Virus record (IMG/VR): IMGVR_UViG_3300033233_000004
Span: 32,001 to 96,000 of that record
Source of the DNA: a virus
Length of the DNA: 64,000 nucleotides
Strand: one strand, 5' to 3'
The position numbers were made by a program, and so were the translations under genes. Of the stretch, positions 1 to 10,195 are shown piece by piece. The notes beneath the pieces are model-generated. The model did no database searches and had not been told where the DNA came from. It was given only the letters and a program-made list of their open reading frames with translations. Each line of letters begins with the position of its first letter. Positions within the stretch are counted from its first letter, which is position 1.

Positions 1-426
1 ACTCTTGTTGTATACCGCACAGTTATTCGTATTGATGTACTTATCTTGTACCTTCTCATCATGAAGAACACGACCACTAAATCCATGAACAGTACCGTCC
101 ACTTCAGAGAAAGGAAACATCAAACGATTCTCGAATTTCACTATTACATCTTTATTCTCAAGAAGGAACCAGAACCCAATTTCCTGTAAAGATTCTTCTG
201 TCCAACCACGAGATAAAGCAAAATCATACATTATCTGTCCATCAGGACAATAACCAACACGAAATAATTCCAACATTGCTTTTGAAAATCCACGCTTCTT
301 TACATAAGCATCAAGCTCTCCATAAGCGTCTTCCATCATGAGTTGAAACTGAAAATACTCCATTAACTCCTGATTCAGAGCATATAATGGAGTTACATAT
401 TGAAGAATATCAGTTTTTGTGTACAT
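1..426 (-). CDS. dnaG: DNA primase catalytic core (DnaG-type) lacking its own zinc-binding domain; runs off the window edge
   Basis: Not in the ORF track. Hand translation from ATG 426: MYTKTDILQ...AYVKKRGFSKAMLELFRVGYCPD...FENRLMFPFSEVDGTVHGFSGRVL...KYINTNNCAVYNKS, matching DnaG motifs YLxxRG, FxxRxMFP, GFxGR, KYxN. Confidence 0.85.
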   Translation of the reverse strand, partial: MYTKTDILQYVTPLYALNQELMEYFQFQLMMEDAYGELDAYVKKRGFSKAMLELFRVGYCPDGQIMYDFALSRGWTEESLQEIGFWFLLENKDVIVKFENRLMFPFSEVDGTVHGFSGRVLHDEKVQDKYINTNNCAVYNKS

Positions 427-429
427 CTT

Positions 430-1068
430 TTAGTGACAATGTTCAGAAAACCATGTATCCAAATAATTAAGAATCATTTGATATTGTATTTTTAATCGTT
501 TTGATTCAGCTTCGATAGAAAAATCAGTATCCCCAAAAAAGTTTATCCATGTATTATGATTTGGTTTATCAAAGTTATATAGCTGCCCGAAACACAATGC
601 ATCTCCACCTGCTGCTACTTGATTATCCAAATTATGAGGAGCATCATCAATTAAAATTGTATGCTCAAATCGACCTTTTCCAATTAAACCTTTATTCTCA
701 GAAAATACAATAGGAAGATTAGTATGCGTCGGTATGTGTGTTTGTATCCACTGAATAGTTGGAAACATAGTATTAGGGAATTGTGTCGTTACAAGCCATA
801 CATTTGGACAACGAGCAAGAAGAAGTTCCACAAATTCAATGGCTCCTGCATAAGGCTTCGCAGTTAAGTAAATCTCATTTGGAGCTTCATTCTTAAAAAA
901 TCCACTAATATCCACAGCATCGGGAAAAGATACGCTTACTTTAAAATCTGTAAATGGATAAATAACTCGACCAGAATATCGCTTTTTATAAGACGTTATA
1001 AGCGATTGATTCCAATCTCGAATAACACCATCCAAATCCAATTTGATAAGAACATCTTGTGCCTTCAT
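430..1068 (-). CDS. HAD-family 5'(3')-deoxyribonucleotidase (NT5C-like)
   Basis: DLDGVIRDW (HAD motif I) and LIDDAPHN (motif IV). Confidence 0.8.
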   Translation of the reverse strand: MKAQDVLIKLDLDGVIRDWNQSLITSYKKRYSGRVIYPFTDFKVSVSFPDAVDISGFFKNEAPNEIYLTAKPYAGAIEFVELLLARCPNVWLVTTQFPNTMFPTIQWIQTHIPTHTNLPIVFSENKGLIGKGRFEHTILIDDAPHNLDNQVAAGGDALCFGQLYNFDKPNHNTWINFFGDTDFSIEAESKRLKIQYQMILNYLDTWFSEHCH

Positions 1069-2249
1069 TCGTCATTCTTTTCTGTCTTGAGCAAATAATT
1101 GGGATTCACATACTTGAATTTTAACCGTCCAAGTTTTCCAACAAATTTCTCTTGCGCAGAGACAAACACTAATCCTTCGATCAAATGTCCATTTGGATAT
1201 TTCATGTTGTACAAAAATGAAAAGTCTGGTGGGTTACCAATTAATTCAGACAAAGGAATAGTCTTCCAGATAATAGGTACTGTAAGAATATCATACTCCT
1301 CAGCCAGTTGTATCATCTGCGTGTAGTCTAAGTAACCCTCAAAACCTTCCTTAGTTACATAAATGTCGAACAAGTAAGGAACCTGTCCCTTGAGACCAAC
1401 ACGGTTCTTCTGAATACCTTCACCAGCTAACTCAAATTGTAAAGCTACACGTTGATAACCAAACCTTGTGGCTATCCTTTCAGCTTTCTGTAGAAGATTA
1501 GCAGTACCTTCTATATTTTCTGTGGCGGCTTTCCAATATACATCCATAGCAAACCCATATTTCGTTGCAATAGATGCAAAGGGGTCTTGTTCAGGTGGTT
1601 TGAGTTCCTGATTACGAGAGCAAACACCAAACTCGTCACCTTCTCGAAGTCTATCATAGAAGACGGTCATAGATGTACCATCAATCTTAATAGATACAGA
1701 AAAAAGGTCGTTCAAATATGGTTCAATTGTTCGATTGACATTCTGATATCGCTCGGCATCCGTCTTCGGGCACCACGATGGATAACTACCCTTGGCATTA
1801 GCAGAAAATATAGCTTCCTGCGGTGGTTCATACTTGACTACACCAAAATATGTTGATACATCTGTGTCCATGTAAGGATTTACTGGACGTTGAACCAGAA
1901 GGTCAAACGGTACATCAATCACCAATCCCTGACTCAATTCAGAGCGCAAACGGACTGTCTTAATACGTGCAAGAGGGTGGGTTTCATATACAGACGTGCC
2001 TTCTATTGTACGAGCAACTTCTACTTGACGCATCTTAGCATTCTTCATCAAGAAAGAGAATTCTGGTCTTGTACAATCTACGAGAGAATCAATGGGAATA
2101 TACACTACCTTGTCGCCAACCTTACGCTTGCCACGTACATCTTGACAAACCCATCCAATCTCTTCAAAGGTGAGAATGTCAAGATTGTCAGAATTCGTGT
2201 TTGGTGTAACAGTCTTTACGGTGACTATTGGACACGAGAATGTAGACAT
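1065..2249 (-). CDS. RNA ligase, DRB0094/Rnl2-like family
   Basis: Adenylation motif KIDGTS, VCSRN, QFELAGEGIQKN, IEGLVF, FKYVNPNYLL; N-terminal OB-like domain (VVYIPIDS, RLRSELSQGL). Start placed at MSTFS (2249), just after the upstream stop; the track's longer start overlaps the next gene. Confidence 0.85.
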   Translation of the reverse strand: MSTFSCPIVTVKTVTPNTNSDNLDILTFEEIGWVCQDVRGKRKVGDKVVYIPIDSLVDCTRPEFSFLMKNAKMRQVEVARTIEGTSVYETHPLARIKTVRLRSELSQGLVIDVPFDLLVQRPVNPYMDTDVSTYFGVVKYEPPQEAIFSANAKGSYPSWCPKTDAERYQNVNRTIEPYLNDLFSVSIKIDGTSMTVFYDRLREGDEFGVCSRNQELKPPEQDPFASIATKYGFAMDVYWKAATENIEGTANLLQKAERIATRFGYQRVALQFELAGEGIQKNRVGLKGQVPYLFDIYVTKEGFEGYLDYTQMIQLAEEYDILTVPIIWKTIPLSELIGNPPDFSFLYNMKYPNGHLIEGLVFVSAQEKFVGKLGRLKFKYVNPNYLLKTEKNDE

Positions 2250-2250
2250 T

Positions 2251-2823
2251 TTAGTTTCCTTTCGCTTCACTATCACTAATACTACGAGACCTACCATCAG
2301 TACCAATAACAACAGCCGTAACATTTGGGTCTTTGGTCTGTTTTCTCAAAGCGACAACACTTGTTTTCATAAAGTTATCGAAAGCATCGGGATTAAATTT
2401 TCTTGGCGGAAGGGTAGATGTATCTATTTCTTCTTCCGATACTTCAACACATTCGATAATTTCTCCTTCTGAATTTAATACTCCAAAAGGTACTTTCAAT
2501 ACTACTCTTCCATTATTTTTGGAATACCATTCAATATAAAGTAACGCTTCTTCATAATCAAGAACAATGGGGCCAACTTCTCCAACTTGCTCTATACTCA
2601 TAACATTCATAATATCTGGTGGAAGTGCATCGTCATGATTATCATTCCAAAAACGAACATTCCTGCCCCGAAGCTCATCATCAAGAAAGTCACCTTCCAA
2701 TTCGATACTACAATGAAGTGGAGATTCATTTTCTCGATAGAAGTCCACCCAACCAGTCACTTTACCAGCAACTTCGTTGGTAAGTACACCTTCAATAAGA
2801 TTAGAATACGGTCGCCACGCCAT
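2251..2823 (-). CDS. hypothetical protein (acidic)
   Basis: 190-aa ORF with AGGAGA RBS and its own promoter upstream. Confidence 0.6.
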   Translation of the reverse strand: MAWRPYSNLIEGVLTNEVAGKVTGWVDFYRENESPLHCSIELEGDFLDDELRGRNVRFWNDNHDDALPPDIMNVMSIEQVGEVGPIVLDYEEALLYIEWYSKNNGRVVLKVPFGVLNSEGEIIECVEVSEEEIDTSTLPPRKFNPDAFDNFMKTSVVALRKQTKDPNVTAVVIGTDGRSRSISDSEAKGN

Positions 2824-2848
2824 GTACAGTTTCTCCTATACAAAATAC

Positions 2849-2877
2849 AATATACACATTATTTTGAAGAAAGTCAA
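2849..2877 (-). promoter_or_regulatory. sigma70-type promoter TTGACT-N17-TATATT
   Basis: Minus strand reads cTTGACTttcttcaaaataatgtgTATATTg, followed by AGGAGA and ATG at 2823. Confidence 0.7.
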
Positions 2878-5117
2878 GTTGTTTGTTGTATTATTTCCAA
2901 GGATGCCAAATTTGGATTGTGGTCTTTATCAAATGATACTTCCTCTAATTTTCCCCAAACTTTACCTACTTTAATTTCACAGTTTAATGCTACATGTACT
3001 TGTCCAGTATCACGAAGCATCTCTGTATGTATCAAACGCAACATAATCTCCAATTCGCTTGGTTTTACATTATATATAAGGCTATCGTAAACCGTAAGAA
3101 CCATACGAGACTTAAGCTTTAACCTCTTCATTTCTTTGTGAATACGGTTAGCAGCTAAGAAGTTAGTATCACTGGCTCCGCTCTGTATCGGGCTGTTTAC
3201 CGACTGTCTATCTGCTTTTGCTCGTAACCCCATAATACGCTGTCGTTCTTCATCAACCCATTCTTTAGTCAGTACTTGATCATCTGAAATAACAACACCT
3301 CGACCAATATCAATCAACTGATTCTCATAAGCATTCTTGACTTCTTCCAACTGCCTCTGCGCATTAAGAAGAATAGGCAAACGGCGTTTACGACCATAGA
3401 GATTAACAACATATCCAACTTTAGCAGCCTCACGCTTAGTAGTATTCAACCAATCTTCAGCCGTAGGATACCTATTAAAGAACAAACGTATGATATTTCG
3501 AGCTTTCTGTACACTGATACCTAATTCCGCAGCAATAGACCGTGGCCCTCGACCATACATCATACCAAATACAATAGTTTTTGCAACATCACGTTCTTCT
3601 TTAGTAACATTTTTTGTCCATTCAATAAACTGGTCATGTGTAATCTCTCCAACAGGAATTATCAAGCCCTTACCCATGGCGGCAGTAATCTTATGAATGT
3701 CCAAACCAGCATTTATATCGGCAACCATCTGATGGTCTTGACTATGATGCGCCCATATCCTGAATTCGATCTGAGAATAGTCAGCCTCTACAAGATAATC
3801 ACCCGCATCAGCAACAAATTGATACTTGAGTTCCTTCTTCTTACGCGGGATGTTATTCAAGTTGGGCTGCATAGATGAGGGTCTACCAGTTACCGTTCGA
3901 TGTAGAGGGTAATTTGAACGGATACGACCGTCTGGACAGACAAACGAACGCAAACCTTCAATAAACGTACCATTTAAGAACATCAATTGACGATAGTCCT
4001 GAATCTGCTTGGCAACAGGTAACGTCTTGGCATATTCTTCCAATACCTCAGCCGTCATAGAAACATTAAATTGCCCTGTCTTTTTGTTCTTCTTCTTTCC
4101 CCAAGCAATAGGTTCTTTCTTAAATTCTCCAATAATCAATTGAGTCAATTGCTTAGTAGATAGTTTGAATTCCCATCCCGCTCTTTCTCTATCCAAATAT
4201 TCAGTCAACGTATACTTCTTACGAAATATTTTTGATTTACCATATTTATCAATGAACTTTTGCTTACTCCTTGAAATCACATTTTGTATTTCTGGAACTT
4301 CAAGAATCTCTTTCCACGCTTTTTCCATTTTTTGAGCATACTCTTTGCGAAGCTTATCATTCTGTCCCTTGTCAAGAGTTACACCACAGTATTCAACCTC
4401 AGCCAAAATCTTTTGCGTAGGCATTTGAATGTTGAACAATACCCAATCTAATTTCTCTTCATAAATCTTCGGCAGCATAGCTCGATGACAACGCAACGTA
4501 ACATCAGCATCTTGACAACTATACGTATGAATCAATGCTGACGGTATGTTCATATAACTCCCATACCCAATAATCTTGTCACCATCATCAAGCGCAGTAT
4601 CTTTGTTTTTCCAAGTATTGTCTTCCAATTGCGCTTTCGAAGGGTCACACTCAGGGTGTTCGTCAATGTATTTATCGAAATTATCCGCATATCCTTTCAT
4701 TGTTGTGTATCTATCTGCTAACTGTCCTAAACCATGGGGTCTATTTTCATCAAGCAAATGATCTTCAAGCATTGTATCAACAAACCAATTATGAACAGCA
4801 ATTTTTTTCTTCCAAAGAAACTTGATATCATACGTACCATTCTGCGTAATCTTACGTGATTTGTTCTGGAAGATATTACGCAACCGATCCCAAATCTCTA
4901 TCTGGTCATCTTCACTGAATTCACGGAAGTCAATACATGCACCAACACCTTCCTTCCAAGAAAAAGAAATAATGAAGATATACCCACTCATAAAGGTACC
5001 ATGTGTTTCAGTATCAAATGCAAATTCAGAAGACTGATTAAGTCTATCTATAAGCCAACCCACTTGCAGCATAGTCTTACATACATATGCTTGTGTAATT
5101 AATTCAGCCATGCCCAA
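2874..5117 (-). CDS. polA: family A DNA polymerase (3'-5' exonuclease + polymerase, no 5'-3' exonuclease domain)
   Basis: ExoI FDTETHG, ExoII QNGTYD, ExoIII YSCQDAD; TVTGRPSS; motif A EADYSQIEFR; motif B RDVAKTIVFGMMYG; motif C TVYDS. Confidence 0.95.
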   Translation of the reverse strand: MGMAELITQAYVCKTMLQVGWLIDRLNQSSEFAFDTETHGTFMSGYIFIISFSWKEGVGACIDFREFSEDDQIEIWDRLRNIFQNKSRKITQNGTYDIKFLWKKKIAVHNWFVDTMLEDHLLDENRPHGLGQLADRYTTMKGYADNFDKYIDEHPECDPSKAQLEDNTWKNKDTALDDGDKIIGYGSYMNIPSALIHTYSCQDADVTLRCHRAMLPKIYEEKLDWVLFNIQMPTQKILAEVEYCGVTLDKGQNDKLRKEYAQKMEKAWKEILEVPEIQNVISRSKQKFIDKYGKSKIFRKKYTLTEYLDRERAGWEFKLSTKQLTQLIIGEFKKEPIAWGKKKNKKTGQFNVSMTAEVLEEYAKTLPVAKQIQDYRQLMFLNGTFIEGLRSFVCPDGRIRSNYPLHRTVTGRPSSMQPNLNNIPRKKKELKYQFVADAGDYLVEADYSQIEFRIWAHHSQDHQMVADINAGLDIHKITAAMGKGLIIPVGEITHDQFIEWTKNVTKEERDVAKTIVFGMMYGRGPRSIAAELGISVQKARNIIRLFFNRYPTAEDWLNTTKREAAKVGYVVNLYGRKRRLPILLNAQRQLEEVKNAYENQLIDIGRGVVISDDQVLTKEWVDEERQRIMGLRAKADRQSVNSPIQSGASDTNFLAANRIHKEMKRLKLKSRMVLTVYDSLIYNVKPSELEIMLRLIHTEMLRDTGQVHVALNCEIKVGKVWGKLEEVSFDKDHNPNLASLEIIQQTT

Positions 5118-5250
5118 TTCCGTCCTGCCAAAATATCTCGAATAGCACTACGAGAAACCCCATACACTTTTGTAAGTTTACGTTGGCTCAATGTGGATTT
5201 TCTAATCTTAAAGATGTTGACATCGGTTAATATGGATCGACCATGTTGTA
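5099..5250 (-). pseudogene. C-terminal HTH remnant of an HNH homing endonuclease
   Basis: Hand translation QHGRSILTDVNIFKIRKSTLSQRKLTKVYGVSRSAIRDILAGRNWAWLN* resembles the C-terminal DNA-binding tail of phage HNH endonucleases; no start or nuclease domain. Confidence 0.55.
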
Positions 5251-5535
5251 TAATGGAATCTCAGCCTCTACTATAGGAATTATGTTCTCAATAAAATCCA
5301 ACACATCCTTTAAACAGGAAATATTAAAAACACAGTTTGGTTGAGAACTAAATACATATTGCTTCCAAGGCTTATACCAAGAAAGAATACCTATTTGATT
5401 CTTACTTTTATTATTGATGATTCGATAAACAGGCTTTCCTTCAAACTTTTCGTCTACATACAACATCGCAATATATTTGTAAGTCTTAACACTATTTTTA
5501 TGATGAGATTTCATATTAATCCTCCTTCTTTGCAT
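5227..5535 (-). CDS. hypothetical phage protein
   Basis: 102-aa ORF packed in the operon. Confidence 0.5.
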   Translation of the reverse strand: MQRRRINMKSHHKNSVKTYKYIAMLYVDEKFEGKPVYRIINNKSKNQIGILSWYKPWKQYVFSSQPNCVFNISCLKDVLDFIENIIPIVEAEIPLYNMVDPY

Positions 5536-5643
5536 TTACCTATAGTAAGGCCAAGTTCAAATAAATCCTCGGCTTCAGACTTAGTAAGTTGTTCTAAACT
5601 ATCACAATGTTCATTCCAAAATTTTTCAAATACCTCTCTCTCT

Positions 5644-6543
5644 TTATTTGTCATAGAACACCCCTCTATTAAACTCAACAGCCTTAAACTTTTTGATTTC
5701 ATATGTATCCAACATAGCTTGAGCCTCATTCATATTTTTTGCTATCTCTACAGAACATAATTCCACAGCACTACATCTCAAATCTACCAACTTCTTATTC
5801 AATAGAATCTGGTCTTTGAATTCATTAAACAACATTCGTTGTCTTTCTGGTAAATAAGCTTTATCAAGATTACCAAGAATGGTTTCAACCGAACCGTTGT
5901 TCGCAACAATCTTAGCTGCGGTCTTCAAACCAATAGAAGGAACTCCAACAATACCATCGCCTTCTTCACCAGCAATAGCATAGATATCAGGTAATTGGTC
6001 TGGTGGTACCCCATATTTCTCCAAAACAGTTTGTGGTGTGTAAATACCATCAGGCTTCTTTTTTGTACCCGGTACAACGCACGTTACTTGATCGCAAACC
6101 AATTGATGGAAGTCGTGGTCACCCGATAAAACAATGATATTCTGATAGTGCTTCTTATAAAAATTCACAAGAGTTGCTATAACATCATCTGCTTCCCACC
6201 CTTGGTCATTATAATATTGTTCCCAACCCATGCGAGAAAAGAAATACTGTATGTCTTTGAATTGAGACTTGAAATTCGGTTGACGAGGACGATTCGATTT
6301 ATACTCAGTACTCATTTCCTTTCGCTTCTTACCTGATCCCTCAGCACCCCATGTAAGAACAATAGATTTCGGAGCTATTTTTGTTAATTGTGTATGTATC
6401 ATCGCCAAAACACCATACACCACACCCGAAGACAGCCCTGTAGATGTACACAATTCTTGATGCACATGAAAAGCTCGGTGACACATATGGTCTGTGTCAA
6501 TCAGTAATACATCAGGAGCTTGCTTTTGTATTAACACTGGCAT
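5644..6543 (-). CDS. 5'-3' exonuclease / flap endonuclease (PolI N-terminal-like)
   Basis: LLIDTDHMCHRAFH, EYKSNR, WEADDVIATL, LSGDHDFHQL, helix-hairpin-helix GVPSIGLKTA. Confidence 0.92.
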   Translation of the reverse strand: MPVLIQKQAPDVLLIDTDHMCHRAFHVHQELCTSTGLSSGVVYGVLAMIHTQLTKIAPKSIVLTWGAEGSGKKRKEMSTEYKSNRPRQPNFKSQFKDIQYFFSRMGWEQYYNDQGWEADDVIATLVNFYKKHYQNIIVLSGDHDFHQLVCDQVTCVVPGTKKKPDGIYTPQTVLEKYGVPPDQLPDIYAIAGEEGDGIVGVPSIGLKTAAKIVANNGSVETILGNLDKAYLPERQRMLFNEFKDQILLNKKLVDLRCSAVELCSVEIAKNMNEAQAMLDTYEIKKFKAVEFNRGVFYDK

Positions 6544-7412
6544 ACATCATCCTTCCGTTCTATGGTTCCTATCCCACCATCAATCTTTATAGAATCAATT
6601 ACAGGAACAGTTCTTACGAATCGGTCATTACCAGCTTGCAATATTTTAGTACCATCTTCATGAATTTCACCAAGATACACTGGACAAAAGTTGTTCCTTT
6701 CAGCAAGCAAATTTCTCCATAATTTACCATCAACAAGTCCATTCTCGTACTTCGTAGGAATACTTGCATGCCGATGCCCATAAAGAATCATACTCACACT
6801 CGATCTTTGAATAAGAGCCGTCATCTCATTTGGAGACCCATCCGCATTAAATGGTGGTATATGAGAAACCAAAATATCAGGACGTAGAAGTAATGCTGCT
6901 TCCAATCGACGCATATATTTATCCCAATGTCTTGGAGTAATCTCCTCGGTCTTCTTATGTCCATTTGGTAACTTATCGGGGTCAAATTCATGCATTGTAA
7001 ACCTTTCAGAACCTTTTACTGCCGTCATCCTCAATCCATGTGCAAAACCAAGAGTAAACAATTGCTGGTGATCTGCAAAATAGATGTTATCCAAATTATT
7101 TTCATATGCCCATCCAGACATAAAGGCAGCACCCTTCTTACCCCAATAGTAATCGTGATTACCAAGGGTGTTCACAACCTTAACTCCAAACGAATTCAAC
7201 CATTTGAAATCTTGTAACGCTTCCTCTCTATTGATTGCCCACGAAATATCACCACAATTCAAAACTATAGCATTCTGTGGAAGACTTTGAAAACCAGCTT
7301 CGATACGTTCCATGTAATTGTCATACTGTGTCCCAAAATGAGTCATGGGTTTGTATGGCGGAATACCAGACAAGTGTAAATCAGAAATACCGTAGAGATT
7401 ATATGTGGTCAT
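6531..7412 (-). CDS. calcineurin-like metallophosphoesterase
   Basis: ISDLHL, CGDISW, LGNHDY, SHIPP, YGHRH. Confidence 0.88.
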   Translation of the reverse strand: MTTYNLYGISDLHLSGIPPYKPMTHFGTQYDNYMERIEAGFQSLPQNAIVLNCGDISWAINREEALQDFKWLNSFGVKVVNTLGNHDYYWGKKGAAFMSGWAYENNLDNIYFADHQQLFTLGFAHGLRMTAVKGSERFTMHEFDPDKLPNGHKKTEEITPRHWDKYMRRLEAALLLRPDILVSHIPPFNADGSPNEMTALIQRSSVSMILYGHRHASIPTKYENGLVDGKLWRNLLAERNNFCPVYLGEIHEDGTKILQAGNDRFVRTVPVIDSIKIDGGIGTIERKDDVCQC

Positions 7413-7954
7413 TGTGTTATCCTTGCCATTTTTTTACGTATATTATTCAATTTTTTCACTATATTCTCCAATTTATTATTACTTGATTGACTAAGAATTA
7501 CAAGATACCATGGAGTAGAATTCTCCTTTGCCTCTTCTTTCCATACTCCTAAAAAGAAAGGAACCCCCCACTTGATAATATCGCCATGTCGTGGGTCAGC
7601 CAAATAAACAAAATCGTCGTCCATACCAACCACATTCATATAATGCCCGTTTCCATCTTCGAGAACAATATGAACAATAGGAATAATATTATGTTTCAAG
7701 TAATCTCGAAGCTGAGAAAGAGTTCCCTTTCCAGTCTCCTTGTACTTATAACCCAAGATGTCCAACGCTCTAATCAAATGATGTTCAGAGCAACCATCAG
7801 GTGTTACACCTGTCAACAAATTCACATCCCTTTGAGTCAACGGTAACCCATATTGGAACCGAAGACTAATCAAGAGGGCTGTGGGGCCACAATTGTATTT
7901 GTACTTCTGTTCTATTGACTTAACAGGAAGCAGAATTTTTTCATCCGCATTCAT
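7409..7954 (-). CDS. C39-like cysteine peptidase
   Basis: Q..YNCGPTAL (Cys), GHYMNVVG (His), YLADP (Asp). Confidence 0.8.
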   Translation of the reverse strand: MNADEKILLPVKSIEQKYKYNCGPTALLISLRFQYGLPLTQRDVNLLTGVTPDGCSEHHLIRALDILGYKYKETGKGTLSQLRDYLKHNIIPIVHIVLEDGNGHYMNVVGMDDDFVYLADPRHGDIIKWGVPFFLGVWKEEAKENSTPWYLVILSQSSNNKLENIVKKLNNIRKKMARITQ

Positions 7955-8175
7955 AATTTTACTCTCCTATTCCATATTTCTAAAGCATCGAGTTCTGTTG
8001 CAAATTGATGATCTGGACAAGCATCCCTATCATAACGTTCTCCTATTGCACAACCACAAAGAGGATTAGAACATGCTACATAATAACAAGATTGTCCTAA
8101 ATAATCAGATTCATAAATACGTGCCGTAGCACCACAAAAAGGACACCGTAATAATAATCTCTCGTCTATACTCAC
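7951..8175 (-). CDS. Lar-like (restriction alleviation) zinc-finger protein
   Basis: LLRCPFCG...VACSNPLCG...ALEIWNRR pattern typical of the Lar family. Confidence 0.65.
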   Translation of the reverse strand: MSIDERLLLRCPFCGATARIYESDYLGQSCYYVACSNPLCGCAIGERYDRDACPDHQFATELDALEIWNRRVKL

Positions 8176-8720
8176 ATTCGTTTCCTTTCTTCCAGTCTTA
8201 CTGATTTAATATCCATAGAGAATTCGTACAACAAATCTACATATACATTACTGTCATACACAGAATCATCTGATTCTACATAGATGAGTACCCATAACCA
8301 ATCTCGAAACACTTGATAATGTTCAGGCGGAATATGTAATAAACTCATAAGTACTGCATTTACAAACGCTTTACGAGCCATAACATCTGGTTCCAACACC
8401 TCTTCTAAATTACCAACAGCCTCGACTTCTGTAATAAGATTATGCACTGTAGTAAGAGCATCTGTTTCACCTAATGAGAACTTAGTTTCATAGAGTTCCT
8501 TTGCCATAGGGTATGGAACATTTTCCATACGTTTAATAAACTCAATGAGGTCTCCACCACCACAACCAGCACGACAAATCCATTGCAATTTACTTTCATT
8601 TACATCCAAAGATGGCGTAGCATCATTATGAAAAGGGCATTTACAACGTAACTCTACACCCATTTCATTTTCAATAGGTATATGATAATGCTTAAGAAGT
8701 TCTCGTGCCGAAATTGCCAT
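8172..8720 (-). CDS. stand-alone CHC2 zinc-binding domain of DNA primase
   Basis: CKCPFHNDATPSL...WICRAGCGGGDLIEFIKRME; no TOPRIM domain follows. Confidence 0.85.
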   Translation of the reverse strand: MAISARELLKHYHIPIENEMGVELRCKCPFHNDATPSLDVNESKLQWICRAGCGGGDLIEFIKRMENVPYPMAKELYETKFSLGETDALTTVHNLITEVEAVGNLEEVLEPDVMARKAFVNAVLMSLLHIPPEHYQVFRDWLWVLIYVESDDSVYDSNVYVDLLYEFSMDIKSVRLEERKRM

Positions 8721-10195
8721 TACTCTTGTCCCTCTGGTGGCGAAGTATCGTCTTCTTCTACAGTAGAGTCTAATCCAATCATAACATCCACAGCCTCATC
8801 CTCAGAAGGACTTTGAGGATGATTAACAGGAGCCGCAGCAAATGACCCCTCTTCTTGTGGGTCTGGTGGTATTGTCATCAATGCTTCATAAGCTTTGGAA
8901 TGTTGTACCAAACGAGCACGGTCACCAATGTAACCAATATCCCATGCTGCAAACAAGGATATCTTCTTATTACGTCTACCATATCTGTTTTTCTGAAGAA
9001 ATACATCCAAACTCAAATCATCTGGCTGCCGTATGAAAAGAATCACATGACAATGTGGAGCTACATAATGTGATTGTCCAATATCATCAAGACCATATTC
9101 GTCTTCCTTCTTTTTTTGTTTACCAAGACGACTCTGCTGCAAAGACGTAACAAAAGGCATTTCATATTCAGAAATAAACTGTCGATACTCTGAAAACAAG
9201 AAGTTATATCGTTCTGAACTGTTATTAAAAGGTCGAAGAGGATATGCTTCATTAGAATAATCAAAATAAAGCACTTCAGGTAAATACCCAAATTTGGCAG
9301 CGAATGTATCTACTTCTCGTCTAAGGTCTGGTACCTGTGCAGTACCAGTCCAATAAACTACATACGGCAAATTATGTTCACGGTGTATCCTTACACAAGT
9401 CTCTTTGAAAATACGTTGATTGTCAACACTCAATGTCGCATTCTCAATATCATGTGTTTTCAACAATGACGCTCGACTTAACCAAATTCTTACCATACTC
9501 TTGAGAGGGTCTTCGATAGTAATATACATAACTTTCTTACCAAGCACCGCATCATTATATGCCAGATTCGCTTTAAGTCGAGTTTTACCAGCACTTGTGT
9601 CCCCATAAATTAGAGTCATATGAGCCTTACGCTTACCACCATTTGTATAACGGTCAAGTTCAGCAATACCATACGGAATACCGTCCTTGTAACGTTCAGG
9701 GTCTTTCTTGCGATTAAGATAATCTATCCATGCGACTTTAACCTGTTCATACGCCCACCCACGCTGCACTTCACCTAATGCTAATGGATGCTTCAACGCA
9801 GATAAATTAGTAATTGTCGATTGAATTAAACTCTTAGGAGTAATACTATTCTTAATACCAGCAACAATGCCCTTAGTCTCTTTAAGTAAAGACCTGTTAA
9901 GATACATCTCATATAAGTCGTCCATAACTATCTTATACGCATGCTCATCCAATGTCAAAGTTGCAAGGTCTCTCAAAAAGAACATTACTTCCAAATCATT
10001 TGTATACCTACTCAAACCTTCAATAGACGGCGGAACACCATACTGATGAAAATACTTGTTCATCAACTCTTGTGCGGCTCGTGGCAAAGCAAAAGAGAAA
10101 AAGCTTGGGTCTACCGCATGAAACAGTTTGTTATTGGATATATGATACCCAATAACAATACGCTCGTTCTCTTCACTTTCAAGTAAGATGCTCAT
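8720..10195 (-). CDS. dnaB: DnaB-like replicative helicase
   Basis: GIPYGIAELD, Walker A GDTSAGKT, YITIED, Walker B LYFDY, SLQQSR, QKNRYG. Confidence 0.85.
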   Translation of the reverse strand: MSILLESEENERIVIGYHISNNKLFHAVDPSFFSFALPRAAQELMNKYFHQYGVPPSIEGLSRYTNDLEVMFFLRDLATLTLDEHAYKIVMDDLYEMYLNRSLLKETKGIVAGIKNSITPKSLIQSTITNLSALKHPLALGEVQRGWAYEQVKVAWIDYLNRKKDPERYKDGIPYGIAELDRYTNGGKRKAHMTLIYGDTSAGKTRLKANLAYNDAVLGKKVMYITIEDPLKSMVRIWLSRASLLKTHDIENATLSVDNQRIFKETCVRIHREHNLPYVVYWTGTAQVPDLRREVDTFAAKFGYLPEVLYFDYSNEAYPLRPFNNSSERYNFLFSEYRQFISEYEMPFVTSLQQSRLGKQKKKEDEYGLDDIGQSHYVAPHCHVILFIRQPDDLSLDVFLQKNRYGRRNKKISLFAAWDIGYIGDRARLVQHSKAYEALMTIPPDPQEEGSFAAAPVNHPQSPSEDEAVDVMIGLDSTVEEDDTSPPEGQE

